Shown in pieces: positions 27,900-41,464 of a DNA stretch of 64,000 nucleotides; the stretch's first letter is position 1, and each line of letters begins with the position of its first letter. The DNA lies in NCBI GenBank assembly GCA_964016885.1, contig OZ024740.1, positions 125,984,001 through 126,048,000 on the forward strand. Direction: 5' to 3'. Source of the stretch: Eledone cirrhosa. Lineage: Eukaryota. The notes under the pieces are model-generated. The model had not been told where the DNA came from. It was given only the letters and a program-made list of their open reading frames with translations, and made no database searches. The translations under genes and the position numbers were made by a program.

Positions 27900-28178
27900 T
27901 TCTTTTTGCGGCATTCCGTCGGTTACGATGACGAGTGTTCCGATTGATACGATCAACGAAACAGTCTGCTCCTGAAGTTAACGTAGTTCTCAGGGGGGTT
28001 CAGCGAGACTCAGAAAGTGACAAGGATGAACCTTTGAATTACAAGTAGAACACATGTTTGCCGGAGTTGACTGGAGCAACGTAAAATAAAGTGTCTTGCT
28101 GAAGGACACAGCACGCCGCCGGAAATCGAAGTCACCACCTTACGAGCCGAATACCCTAACCACAAAGACACGCACCTG
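27900..28178 (-). mobile_element. tRNA-derived SINE (second family)
   Basis: Minus head GGTGCGTGTCTTTGTGGTTAGGGTATTCGGCTCGTAAGG...TTCGATTTCC. Confidence 0.7.
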
Positions 28179-28765
28179 TGTATATATATATATATATACA
28201 GCTGCGTCATATATATATATATATTTATTAAAATAACAGATTAATGTTTAAGCAAAGAATCGCTGCTTTCACCCTTAACGGGATCTTCTGAAACTAACAA
28301 AGTCAATCTGTGAACGCAGAAGTGAATATTTCAAAAAACGTTGCAACCGGAGGAAGACAGGAAAACGATACTTTGGTTCGTGGAAACGTCCCCTGGCAAA
28401 GAACGAGAAAAAACGAATATAATACGTCATTATTTGGAGCGGTGAAAAACCACGTTCATGGTATAAAAGAAGTCGTAGACTAATATTCTCTTAGGTGGTT
28501 CATAGAGACGTTCTCTAGCAATGAACGGAAAAAACGAAGATAATACGTCATATGTGGAGCGTGGAGAACAATTGCACGCAAAGACAAAACCACGGAAATG
28601 GTATAACTGAAGTTGTAGACTAAAATTCTAACTAGGAAACCAAATGATTCTCGGCTTCAGAGTTAGGAATAAAGTAAATAAAATACAGAGGTAACAGAAA
28701 TTAAATAAATACATACACGAGCATTTGGCTCCCTCAGTTGAGCACTCTATTGACTTATATTCATC

Positions 28766-30886
28766 ATGCAGAAACAACATCTGAATATTTCTATAAAGAA
28801 CATACCCGTACCAAACAGGAAAACATACCTAAAACTCCTGATACAGAAAACAGACGCGTTCATTAAAAGGTTGCGTTGGCGTGCCCTTTATTTCGATAAT
28901 CAGCGAAAAGCAGACAACAAACAGGATAAATTTGGGTTTAAAACCTATAATAACCCTCCATGTAACCCAGCATTGCTATCCTTCGAAAATGATGTCTTGG
29001 AACTCATACAGAGTATCAAAATTCGGAATAGGAGCAATTCCTTCCAGCAGGACCTGAAGAATAGAATTCGTTCTATTAAGGATTCTAATGTCGTGCACGT
29101 CCATTCCGACACAACTGGCAACCTATATCAATTGGAGCTGTACTTACCATCAACTACTACATAATGCTGTAACTAAGGATTACCGTAAAACTAATCGCTG
29201 CGTCATTAATGAAATCAACGATGCTGGATTTAAAATCACCTCTGATCTCAACATCCTGGACCGGACCGAACCTCTGGACCCTATTTCTCCCCACTTTACC
29301 CTGAAGGATCACAAATCTAATTTTCCGAACAACCCCTCTATTCGGCTTATTAACCCTACGAATTTCGATTTAGGTAGACTTAGTAAAAGGATTCTTGATA
29401 CCTGAAATTAGAGGTTTGGCCCCTCTTGCACTGTGGAACAATTCTTTCGATGTGATTGATTGGTTCAACGGCATATGCAACAAGGAACATTGCCGTTTTA
29501 TCCAATTCGACATCAATAATTACCACTCCTCCATCACTTTACTACTTCTCCTTAGAGCTATCAATTTCGCTAAAACACTCACAGTGGTTAAGGATTTCGA
29601 AGTTGATGTCATCCTCAATGCACGTAAGTTGGTGATTAATTTCGACGACTCTATTTGGATTAAAAAATCTAATAGTACCCCATTCGACGTGAGTATGGGC
29701 GCCAGCGATTCTGCGGAAGTTACTGATCTTATCGGCCTTTTCCTTCTTTTCTCTATCAAGGACGAATTTCCCAACGCGGGCGGTGGTTTGTACCGTGATG
29801 ATGGTCTTTTGACCATGACTAAGTGCGGCCCACGTGCTTGCGACAGGTTCAGAAAAGAACTCATAGCCTTCTTTAAAGGCTTCAACCTATCTATACAGGT
29901 TGAGGCCAACCTGTCGGTCGTTAATTACCGCGACGTTACCCTCTATTTATCGAATGGCTTGTATTACCCGTATAGAAAGCCGAATGATACGCTTAATTAC
30001 ATAAGTAAGCATTCCAACCATCCTGCCTGCATAACCAAGAACAGGGTAAGAAACATTTCTCTGAGGCTTTCCCGTCTATCTATTAACGAGCATATTTTCA
30101 ACGACCATTCCACATATTACAATGAAGCTCTTGCTCGGAGTGGATTTGGCGATAAGGTAGCTTATACAGAGTACGACAATAGACCTAGAAGAAACAGATC
30201 CCGACGCATTATATGGTATAACCCACCATATAATATGGAGGTGGCCACACCATTAGCTAAGATATTTCTATCCCTCATTACGAAGCATTTTCCCCCTACA
30301 CATAAATATAGTAACATTTTTAATAGAAATACTATTAAAATGTCTTACTCTACGACTCTTACCCTTGCACATAACATCACAGCTTCAAATTTAGCTAAAC
30401 TACCTAGCCGTAGGAACACGTGCAACACTGTAGTTAGTACTAACTGTAATTGTAGGAACCGGGTTGATTGCCCCCTATCCGGTAAATGCCTCTCTAGTAA
30501 CATTGTCTACAAATGTAAGGTCGAAACACCCACGTCTCGTAGGGCCTACATAGGGTTAACCGTCAATAGATTAAAGCAGCGTCTTTACATGCATACCCAT
30601 TCTTTTCGTTACCCTCTAAGAAGGAATATGACGTCACTTTCAGCTCATATCTGGAGTCTAAAAGACAACCACACCCATATATAAGTTAAACTGGGAGATT
30701 CTAGCTAGGGCTAGATCGTATAACGGAAATAAAAGACCATGTGACCTCTGCGCCGCTGAGGCCCTCGTAATACTCTACGCCACAGACCACATATTAAACA
30801 AAAATGCTGATGCAATTTCGGCTTGTAAACGTAAATTGCACAAACCTTTCCTGTATTACAGCCCCAGATTATACCCTAACGGATAG
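28766..30886 (+). pseudogene. PLE RT plus GIY-YIG endonuclease ORF with ~3 frameshifts
   Basis: Consecutive ORF pieces align with the intact 46332-48701 protein: FDINNY, MGASDS, GLYRDDGL, WYNPPY, CNCRNRVDCPL, IVY...YIG, CDLC. Frame switches near 29150, 29395 and 30680. Confidence 0.9.
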
Positions 30887-31807
30887 TACGATCTATACGC
30901 GGATATTTTACGTCTTGATGTGGTAGCTAAGTATATGTTATGTTTATAACATTACTTATTTGCATAGGTAAGTATATATTACCCGTATATTTTGTGAAGG
31001 TACGTATACTTTCTCGTACGTATATTTGATTTTATATGTTATGGCGTATATTTTTATATATTCTGGTACATATGCTTTTGGTTATGTGTATACGTGAGTT
31101 TTGCGTCTGTGTGAGTATGCGGGTTCGTACGTATGTAGGGTGTGTGTATATGTGTACTTCGTGTTTTGGTTGACGTGCGTCTCCGAACATATGTGTATTT
31201 ACATGTAGGTATGTGTGTGCGCTTGTTATATAGGTATTTATTTATATACGTTTATTTAATTATTTGTATACACGCACACACACACACATATTTATATGTG
31301 CGTGTATTTGTATACCTATGGCGAGTGTTTTCGCGTATGCTTGTGTATGTACGTATATGGTTGCGTGTATGTATTTATTGAATTTCTGTTACCTCTGTAT
31401 TTTATTTACTTTATTCTTAACTCTGAAGCCGAGAATCATTCGGTTTCCTAGATAGAATTTTAGTCTACGACTTCAGTTATACCATTTACGTGGTTTTGTC
31501 TTTGCGTGCAATTTTTCTCCACGCTCCACATATGACGTATTATCTTCGTTTTTTCCGTTCATTGCTAGAAAACGTCTCTATGAACAACCTAAGAGAATAT
31601 TAGTCTACGACTTCTTTTATACTATAAACGTGGTTTTGTCTTTGCGTGTAATTGTTTTTCACCGCTCCAAATAATGACGTATTATATTCGTTTTTTCCCC
31701 TTCTTTGCCAGGAAGGTTTCCACGAACCAAAGTATCGTCTTCCTGTCTTCCTCCGGTTGCAACGTTTTTTGAAATATTCACTTCTGCGTTCACAGATTGA
31801 CTTTGTT

Positions 31808-31858
31808 AGTTTCAGAAGATCCCGTTAAGGGTGAAAGCAGCGATTCTTTGCTTAAACT
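31808..31858 (+). ncRNA. Minimal type I hammerhead, U4A variant (mirror at 28246-28295 minus)
   Basis: AGTTT-CAGAAGA-TCCCGTTAAGGGT-GAAA-GCA...TGC-TT-AAACT; both arms have CAGAAGA. Confidence 0.6.
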
Positions 31859-31965
31859 TTAATCTGTTATTTTAATAAATATTTGCTCTACGGTTCTTAT
31901 ATATTTGATATATATTTATCCTTATCGAGCCCTCTTTGTATTTTAGTCTTCAAATATTTTATTAT

Positions 31966-32014
<49 letters not shown>

Positions 32015-32547
32015 ACACATACATGAATAAATTGAAAATCTTTCTACACATACACAGACGTATGCAGGCATATATATATCTACGATATTTGAAAGTATAT
32101 TTGTCTGTATTTAAACATTTGTAAAGAAACAGCGTGGAAAATTGTTTTTGATTTCTTGACTTTTAGAGTTCGAAAGTTTATCCGACATAGAAACACTTCA
32201 ATTTATCAAATCCTCAATCTTTTAATCTGATATGATTACCTCAAGGTACTTTAAAGGATTATGTAGGCATTTAGCTGATGTACTTGTCTTCAGCTGTAAA
32301 GAAAAGAAAAAAGGAGAGAAGTATAAATACATATAAACGAACAAAAAAAAAAGAAGAAATGACAAAATACTATTTTGAAACTTTCGGGCAATCAGTGTTA
32401 CTACAGAGACACTAACAATTACAATATAGACGTAACGGTTGATTTCTCAATCACAGACGATTTCTGAAGAAATTCGATTTTATTGATTAATTCGTCTTAC
32501 AAACGAAAAAAAAAAGATGATAATATATATATATATATATACACAAG

Positions 32548-32629
<82 letters not shown>

Positions 32630-32664
32630 CAAGCATACATATATGTATAGATACAAGTATACAG

Positions 32665-32696
<32 letters not shown>

Positions 32697-32872
32697 GTAT
32701 GCCTGTATATACATGTGTGTGTATATCGAAACAATTGTAACACACAATAAATTGAGTCCAGATGCATCACTGATTTTTCGTTTTATATTATATCACACTC
32801 TGATCTGTAAGAACATAGAGTTCTCAACCGGCATACCGCCTGTGGAAGCTTCATAGCAACGATCAAACACAC

Positions 32873-33030
<158 letters not shown>

Positions 33031-33670
33031 GTATATGTATGTATATATGTATGTATGTATATATGTATGTATGTCGAGTCACTCTTGAGTGCTACTGGTA
33101 ACATGTAACCCAGTACAACCTGTCGCATGGTAGTGTCGTCGGCAGCTAAACCGTCAACCCCACCAAGTTTACTTGGTGAGGAGAGTGATTTTGGACACCC
33201 TACAGGACATAAGACAAAAGCTGACAAAGGGCGGAAGAACTCATAAAAGTCAACGGCCATCCGAAAGTGTGTAAATATGTATATGCACATGTACATATGT
33301 ATGTATATGTCTATGTCTATATACATGGGTGCATGTGTATGTATATACGCAGGGACATAGAAATAGTCGAGCTGGACACCCGATCGCGCGGTTAAACCAC
33401 TGGGAGGGAAGGACCCCTAGCCTTTGTCAGGGCATTGTTCTAGGAGAATGCAACTCAAGAAACTGGGATAATTCTGATATAAAACCTGCGGCTCAGTAGT
33501 TACCGATGATGTTGATCTTTTCTTCTTTTCGGGTTATAGCTACTGTTGCTCAGAGAGTGGGATTGGCTCAGTGCACAGTCTTTCCTCACTTTAAAAAATA
33601 TCTTCACGCTCAGGCATTGCACGATAGAATTAATTAATAATTATTAATAATGTTATATCGTGCAATGGTC

Positions 33671-33703
<33 letters not shown>

Positions 33704-33719
33704 TAAATATGGTGTGTGT

Positions 33720-34530
33720 GCACAATTACATCTTCAAGAAGATGCCTCACATTCATTGACCTTGGGTGAACTTAGCCTTGGCCAGGAGGTGTTGATGTCA
33801 TCAGACGGCATCCAACGTTCATTGGGTGTTTTGACTCTCAACCGTAACACACTTCCGCTGCTTGGTAAGCAGTAGTGGCCAAATCACTGCCTGTCTTCGC
33901 CTCCTGGATTCCAGCTTATCTCCTCTCCTGCTTTAAATCGAACAGGTGGCCCTCTTTGTTGCGACCCCCGTACTGCGAAATGCAATCGTTCCCTCTTCAA
34001 CATTATGTAAGCCGGGAATCACCTATAGCCGACCTCGATAAGAATTAGCCGTGCCTGCCAACCTTTCTCACTACACTCCTGCACAAGTTCTTGATATTGG
34101 CACTCTTTCTCTCAAAGGTGTTGCGGCACTCTTCTTCCGATGAGACTGAGTTCAATCAAGATTATCTTTTTTATACATTCAGACCAAATTATTACACTTG
34201 GCATGAGAGATGTTTGAACAATCCGGGGGAACTGTATCCTACCTCCCAGATCAAACCTCATCTCTCATGATTGGGGCTAAAGATATAGGTTATGTTCAAT
34301 TGATAAAGATTTTGAAAGCCCAACTATGAATATTGAAAGGTTGACGGCCAGCGCCGTCTATCCGATTCCAGCTGAAGCAGCGAGGGACAACTGTCTATGC
34401 GATTTCGATCTAATGGCTCTCGCGGGTATTATTATAATTATTCTCAAGTGGAATCACTCAGACAAGGCTGCACATTTGCATCACAAGGTACAGTCAATCC
34501 AACAGGATTTCACAGATTTCCAGGCTTCTA
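33720..34530 (-). mobile_element. 3' fragment of a restriction-like-endonuclease non-LTR element (HERO/NeSL-like)
   Basis: Minus translation pieces 'IVQTSLMPSVIIWSECIKKIILIEL', 'CQYQELVQECSEKGWQARLILIEVGYR' match the PD..E.T..WEE...KY..L...GW....EVG pattern. Confidence 0.7.
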
Positions 34531-34672
34531 CACAGTTTCACTCAGAAGCCTAAAATAAAATATAATTGCCCAGGATGTTCCTTAGTGGTTCTAAACCACA
34601 TCCCTGTGATTGCGAAGCGACTTCCTTATATGACACCCACAGACACAAACACAGACGCACACACACACACAC

Positions 34673-34722
<50 letters not shown>

Positions 34723-34829
34723 TGGAAAATGTGTGAGATCCTTGGTACAGTTAGGTATATTTGAAAAAAAAGAAAAGAATGACTTCACTTGTAGTGTTAA
34801 AAGTTTTTTTATGATTTAATGTTATAATA

Positions 34830-35015
34830 TAATTGTTTCTACTTTAGGCACAAGGCCAGCAATTACTCAGTGCATTACTGGTACTTTATTTTAACGACCT
34901 CGTAAGGATGAAAGGCAAAGTTAACCTCGGCCGGATTTGAACTCAGATCGTAAAGGGACGTAACTATGGTGGAAAGCATGTCCGACCTCTACCGATATTG
35001 CCAATTCACCGCCCT
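34830..35015 (-). mobile_element. SINE
   Basis: Near-identical to 650-838. Confidence 0.85.
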
Positions 35016-35227
35016 TTAATTGTTATAATATTTATAACAACCATTTAATGTTATAATATAATATTAAGAGTATAATATAATATTATGAGTTGGATCTACC
35101 AACTCATGATATTATCATATTATATGGGTAATTGCTGGCCTTGTGCCAAAAGTAGAAACAATTATATTATAACATTAAATCATAAACAATTTTCTAACAC
35201 TACAAGTGAAGTCATTCTTTTCCTTTT

Positions 35228-35351
<124 letters not shown>

Positions 35352-35383
35352 AGATCAAAAGATGGTTAAAGGAGTTCCATGTA

Positions 35384-35450
35384 TTTTATTATGCGCATTT
35401 CAAAAACAAACATCATCATGCAATAATATTTGTGTTTTCATCAGATAAAA
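35384..35450 (-). ncRNA. Type I hammerhead with long stem II in a solo PLE remnant (35350-35570)
   Basis: Minus: TTTTAT-CTGATGA-[36-nt hairpin, ~15 pairs]-GAAA-T-GCGC-A-TA-ATAAAA. Confidence 0.8.
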
Positions 35451-36082
35451 CAGGAGAACATGATATGAAGGCTAACAAACACTTGTGGATAGTGCAGTTT
35501 TAAATCAACATATCTTATCCGATATCTGCATTGCTTTATTGTACTACAATAAAACTCACCTCCTACATTATATATATATATATATATATTATGAAAGTAA
35601 AACAAAGAAGCCTTCAATACATCAAAAGTCTTTATTAGCCAACAATGTTCGTCCTATTAAGGACTCATCAGGGCAATTAAAACAAGAAGAAGTATTATGG
35701 GCCAATACAAGCCGGAAACTTCGAAGAATATGGAGTGTACATACACTAAAGTATTGCAAGATTATGGGTAAAAATATATAATAAAAATATATAATAAAAA
35801 TCACTAAGGAGGTGTATAACATTTAGAACCATATTACAAATATAGTCCAAAGCAAAAGTGGTTACATAGAGCAGGAATTATATATAATACAATGTAATAT
35901 AATATAATATACCTTTACCAATATTAAAATTACAATAAAAATCAAAAGGTACAATATACATATGTATATATGTACGCACACGTACGCACACATACACATA
36001 TATCAATACACATATCCATCTTCAACTGCACAAATTAAACCTTATTAAGAGTTTAAATATAAATAAGCATGATAGGAATAAA

Positions 36083-36117
<35 letters not shown>

Positions 36118-37434
36118 ATATACCCAATATACATGAGGTAATAATATGATATTATTATAAGTAGCACATATAATATATAATAAACTATACAATTATATAC
36201 TATATAATATAATATAATAGAATGGATAATCTCCGGTTAATGTACACAAACAATATAGATGTCACAATAATACTATAATAATAATATACTAACATTTATA
36301 ATATACAATATATAATGGCATTCAAGTTAACAAATCAATTCATATAGAGTTACAGAGTAGGTGAGGAAAAATAAATTGTACAATACCCAAAATTATGATG
36401 GTACAAAAATATAAACATCTTACATGATATATAAAGTTTAACATATCATAATGTTACATATAATTAACGGTGAGTAATAAGGATGGATATTACAATAACA
36501 AATACAATATAATATAATATAAAATAATTAACATAATATAATATATAATTACTTATAATTACAAGGTTGGTAAACAGACATGTATGTGGATGAGTGAGTA
36601 AGGGCCAGACAGTAAATATAATGCACAGTAGTATTACAAATAAAATATAAAATATAAAATATAAAATATAAAATAAAATAAATAAATAGAATCAACCGGA
36701 AATTAAAAAACAAAAACAAAAGTATACATATAGGTCTCACATGCAGTTAAGTAAAAACTTAGGAAATAACCCCGGTAAATGACTCGAAAACCCTATTTGA
36801 TAAATTAATATTAAAAATATTTAAAATATCCAATAAGGCAGTATAATATTAGCTATAGTTTAAGTAATCAAAGTTTATAAACGTTAATATTTCGTTACAA
36901 ATATTTACGAAAAGGAATGAAATTTTTTACTATCATATACATAACGATATCTAAAAAACTGACTTAAGCAGAATTATGGTAGGCTAATAGGGACAGAAAT
37001 GAAGAAATATATGGAGGATACAAAGGGGCATAAAATCATAGTCAATATACTATATTAAATAATAGAAAGGAGCGTAAAAGAGGGGGGGATTAAATATAAT
37101 CATTATCTATTTGAAGGGGTTGACAATAAGTTTATGTGCGCATGGGGGGGGGGGGGGGGGGCAAAGAAGAATCCAAATAAAAATAAAAATAAAATAAAAT
37201 AAAATAAAATAAAATAAAATGAAATAAAATAAAATAATGTAAAATATATAATCAGATATATACTCATAAGGTGTTAATATTGAAAATGTAATGCGTAAGA
37301 AGATAGATATGGCGTAGTAGCCAAAAGATTATGAGAGCTAGAATAAAGAGTTGTCAAAAACCAATGATAATAATTATAATAATGGTGGTAAACAAAAGAA
37401 CCTAAACTTAAAAATAAGTAATGGAATATATCAG

Positions 37435-38320
37435 CTAATGGATACAATTTGTACTACTAGAACTTTTAGGTTTATAATAAAAGTATGAATTAGAAATAGC
37501 GTGGGGGCAAGAAGAGAATATCTCAGACTTTCTATTAAGTAAGGATTCGCTAGAGAAAATTATAGAGTGTGTCTCGAGGATACAGAGATTACAAAATTTA
37601 GTATGTGTAGAAAGGTTATTAGAGCGTGCTACTAAACGCCAGTTAAGGCTATATGGTATATAAGCCCCCTTAAGATCCCAGATATAATGTGCTAAAGAAG
37701 TAGAATTCTTAAACTTAACATGTTTGAAATTAGAGATATGAGAGTTAAACCTAGTCTTAAAAGTGTTAGATGTAGAGCCTATATAAGTTCTATTAGAGGA
37801 ATTAGTTATAACTACGCAAGCATAGACAATGTTCTTAGAGAGGCAGTTACCGTTTAAAGGGCAGTTAGCACTCACTCTACAGTTGCACTTCCGGGTGTTA
37901 TTGGTTGGCTCAAGTGGTGATGCATTACACGTAGGATTGCTATTAGATAAGGTCTGTTCTGGTGGTAATGCATTTCCAGATCTGTTCAGACTAGTAGTAT
38001 GTAGAGAGGAGAATCCATCCCTAATTTTCCTATTGTTAGTGCTAGCAAAATGAGAACTAATATTAGGGGTGGTAGTGAATGAAAGTTTAATAACATTTTT
38101 ATTAAAAATACTATGGTATTTATGAGAAGGGGGGAAATGTTTCTCTAAGATAGAAAAGAAAGACCTAGGGATATTAGTTAATACTTCCTGATTATATGGC
38201 GGGTTAAAATAAGTATTTAATCTCCTTCTATTTTTATTCTTACCGACTCTACCATTATCAAATATCCCACCATCAAGACTAGGGTTACTACAAGGATTAG
38301 TTAAAACCGCATTATTAGAA
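37435..38320 (-). pseudogene. PLE C-terminus: thumb/linker plus GIY-YIG endonuclease (RT missing)
   Basis: YFNPPY...HFPPSHKY...CNCRVSANCPLNGNCL...IVY...YIGST...KTRFNSH...CNLC. Confidence 0.88.
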
Positions 38321-38499
38321 TATTATTATATATAATTATTATAGTATTATTGTGACATCTATATTGTTTGTGTAAATTAACCGGAGATTATCCATTCTAT
38401 TATATTATATTATATAGTATATAATTGTATAGTTTATTATATATTATATGTGCTACTTATAATAATATCATATTATTACCTCATGTATATTGGGTATAT

Positions 38500-38531
<32 letters not shown>

Positions 38532-39087
38532 TTTATTCCTATCATGCTTATTTATATTTAAACTCTTAATAAGGTTTAATTTGTGCAGTTGAAGATGGAT
38601 ATGTGTATTGATATATGTGTATGTGTGCGTACGTGTGCGTACATATATACATATGTATATTGTACCTTTTGATTTTTATTGTAATTTTAATATTGGTAAA
38701 GGTATATTATATTATGTTACATTGTATTATATATAATTCCTGCTCTATATAACCATATTGATATATGTGTATGTGTGCGTACGTGTGCGTACATATATAC
38801 ATATGTATATTGTACCTTTTGATTTTTATTGTAATTTTAATATTGGTAAAGGTATATTATATTATATTACATTGTATTATATATAATTCCTGCTCTATGT
38901 AACCACTTTTGCTTTGGACTATATTTGTAATATGGTTCTAAATGTTATACACCTCCTTAGTGATTTTTATTATATATTTTTATTATATATTTTTACCCAT
39001 AATCTTGCAATACTTTAGTGTATGTACACTCCATATTCTTCGGAGTTTCCGGCTTGTATTGGCCGATAATACTTCTTGTTGTTTAAA

Positions 39088-39130
39088 TTGCCCTGATGAG
39101 TCCTTAATAGGACGAAACATTGTTGGCTAA
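39088..39130 (+). ncRNA. Canonical minimal type I hammerhead
   Basis: TTGCC-CTGATGA-GTCC-TTAATA-GGAC-GAAA-C-ATT-G-TT-GGCTAA; predicted cut after 39124. Mirror at 35635-35676 has GAA instead of GAAA. Confidence 0.88.
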
Positions 39131-39274
39131 TAAAGACTTTTGATGTATTGAAGGCTTCTTTGTTTTACTTTCATAATTCTTCGGCTCTGTTTAACTACAT
39201 TGAGCTATACCTTTTACTGTCATTTCTATAATACGAAGAGGGTGTTTAACTCCAACACGCTCCAGTATTTTAAC

Positions 39275-39314
<40 letters not shown>

Positions 39315-39319
<5 letters not shown>

Positions 39320-39550
39320 AACGAGTAGGACTCCGACGGCTGAGCTCTAGCCGTTTCGACGGCTAATTCTGGACTAAATGAACATTTTTATCCTGGCATA
39401 TAATTTTCATTTAGTCCAGAATTAGCCGTCGAAACGGCTTGAGCTCAGCCGTCGGGGTCCTACTCGTTCCTATTACCCACTCTACTACCCTAAGTATTGA
39501 GTAATTTGGTGCGTTATGGTCCACTTGGTTCCCTACCACATTTCCTTCAT
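39315..39550. mobile_element. Miniature palindromic PLE remnant with half-hammerheads and tail
   Basis: Near-perfect palindrome 39315-39473 containing GAAA-CGGCT...AGCCG-TC but no CUGANGA; tail similar to 61104-61172. Confidence 0.75.
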
Positions 39551-39648
39551 CTCAGTCGGTGAAAAGGAAACATAAAGCATTCATTTACTCCTATCTATCT
39601 ATCTATTTACCTCTCTGTCAGTTCATCTGTCTCCACCCTCTCTTTCTC

Positions 39649-39777
<129 letters not shown>

Positions 39778-40239
39778 GTTTCATGATGTGTGTGTGTCTG
39801 CTCGATGCATAAAACTTGTTCTCTGCAGTAACAGTCTCATAGACATACTAATTAAAAATCGCACATTTTACTTTTCTGAATGTAACCTAAAGCAAATACT
39901 ATTTGGCGCAGTTTAATTAGAAAATCTCAATTTGTCAATGCAGGTCTTCCTACAAAGATTTTTCCGGAGGTGTGACCTGGTTTTGTTATATGTTATTGAT
40001 TAAACCATTTCTGAAGGCGGATTTTAAGACCAGTAAACAAGGTGTGTAACTTTGAGTGAAGAATTTGAAGCTAGCGTCAACAGTTTTCAACAATCTCCAT
40101 TTAAAGTATATTTGCTAGTTTTGTTGTTGTTTGGCTAAACACGCATATGCGCATATGTATGATTTCCATAGGTATAAAAATAACAAGAAAACATCTTCCT
40201 TATCTTACAGTATATATATATATATATATATATATTCTA

Positions 40240-40497
40240 GGGTGGGTAAAATTCCCGAGATCCATGGACGAGTTCTCTTCAGCGGTCTCTGTCCCTCATT
40301 ATCGCTGCCATGTCCTGCGTCTCTAACAGACCAGTGTCTGTCCTTAGTGCATCAACATACGTTAACCTTGGTCTTCCTCTTCCAGTGTGTCCATATAGGG
40401 GATCCCACAGGAGCACTGAGTGCAATGTCAACTCTGGATATCGGTGAGCATGTCCAGCTAACCTCAATCTCCTCTGTGTCACTTTTGAGCTGACTTT
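40240..40497 (-). mobile_element. RTE-clade LINE 3' end
   Basis: '[11 protein letters not shown]...LLWDP...[16 protein letters not shown]...MRDRDR' is the typical RTE C-terminus. Confidence 0.8.
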
Positions 40498-40611
40498 TGT
40501 ATGTATATGTATATATGTATATATGAATATATATGTATATATATATGTATATATATATGTATATATATGTAAATATATATATATATATGTATATATATAT
40601 GTATATATATG

Positions 40612-40645
<34 letters not shown>

Positions 40646-40658
40646 ATATATATGTATG

Positions 40659-40786
<128 letters not shown>

Positions 40787-40820
40787 TGTAAATATATATA
40801 TATATATGTATATATATATA

Positions 40821-40877
<57 letters not shown>

Positions 40878-40880
<3 letters not shown>

Positions 40881-41380
40881 ACATAAACAGAGAAAGTCTT
40901 AAGTGATACTCCGACCAAGTCCATCTCACTCAACAAACATTAGGATATGCCTAAGTATTATCCCAATTTAGTGTTTGGGGTGCTAACTAATCAGTATTTC
41001 GTGGATAGCTGGTTGTATTATTTTATATGAGACATTATTAAATAAATATCTCTTTCCCTACAGACGGCCGTTTCGTTACAAGATTTCTACAATTTGGGAT
41101 AAATCATTTCCAGGTTATGTAGAAACTTGTATATAATCCACAGTTTTATACACAAGCGGGCTCATATAAACTCATCAGTGGATGCCCAAGTAATATCGAT
41201 ATAAGAATTATATCAACATTAATAGAATGGTGATGGCCTCCCTCAGCGCTAAGAAGAGACTGGTAGATTAGAAAATCCAGCAACAACGTGGTATTTGGTT
41301 CAGTAAAAAAGATCAAGAGCCTTCTACTACAGCTTCCGTTTGACCAATGCCTTGTACAGGGAATCTTCAAAAGCCCTGAC
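40878..41380 (-). mobile_element. Non-coding PLE 3'-end remnant, diverged homolog of 18200-18615
   Basis: Colinear similarity; (TA)n on both sides. Confidence 0.75.
41059..41182 (-). ncRNA. Type I hammerhead with branched domain II
   Basis: Minus: TCCA-CTGATGA-G...two internal hairpins...C-GAAA-C-GGCC-G-TC-TGTA. Confidence 0.8.
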
Positions 41381-41463
<83 letters not shown>

Positions 41464-41464
41464 A

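Larger units (their letters stand above)
28221..31965 (+). mobile_element. Penelope-like element 1, full length, with inverted pLTRs and 3' tail
   Basis: Inverted arms 28221-28719 and 31364-31882, unique tail 31883-31965, (TA)n flanks, RT-GIY-YIG coding region between the arms. Confidence 0.92.
35588..39278 (-). mobile_element. Penelope-like element 2, 5'-truncated, inverted pLTRs
   Basis: Arms 35588-36287 and 38325-39177, tail 39178-39278, (TA)n flanks, GIY-YIG coding remnant on the minus strand. Confidence 0.9.

Noticed and set aside
28408-28630. Spaced direct repeats in the element 1 pLTR
   Set aside because: A two-unit internal duplication in eukaryotic TE DNA, not a CRISPR array.
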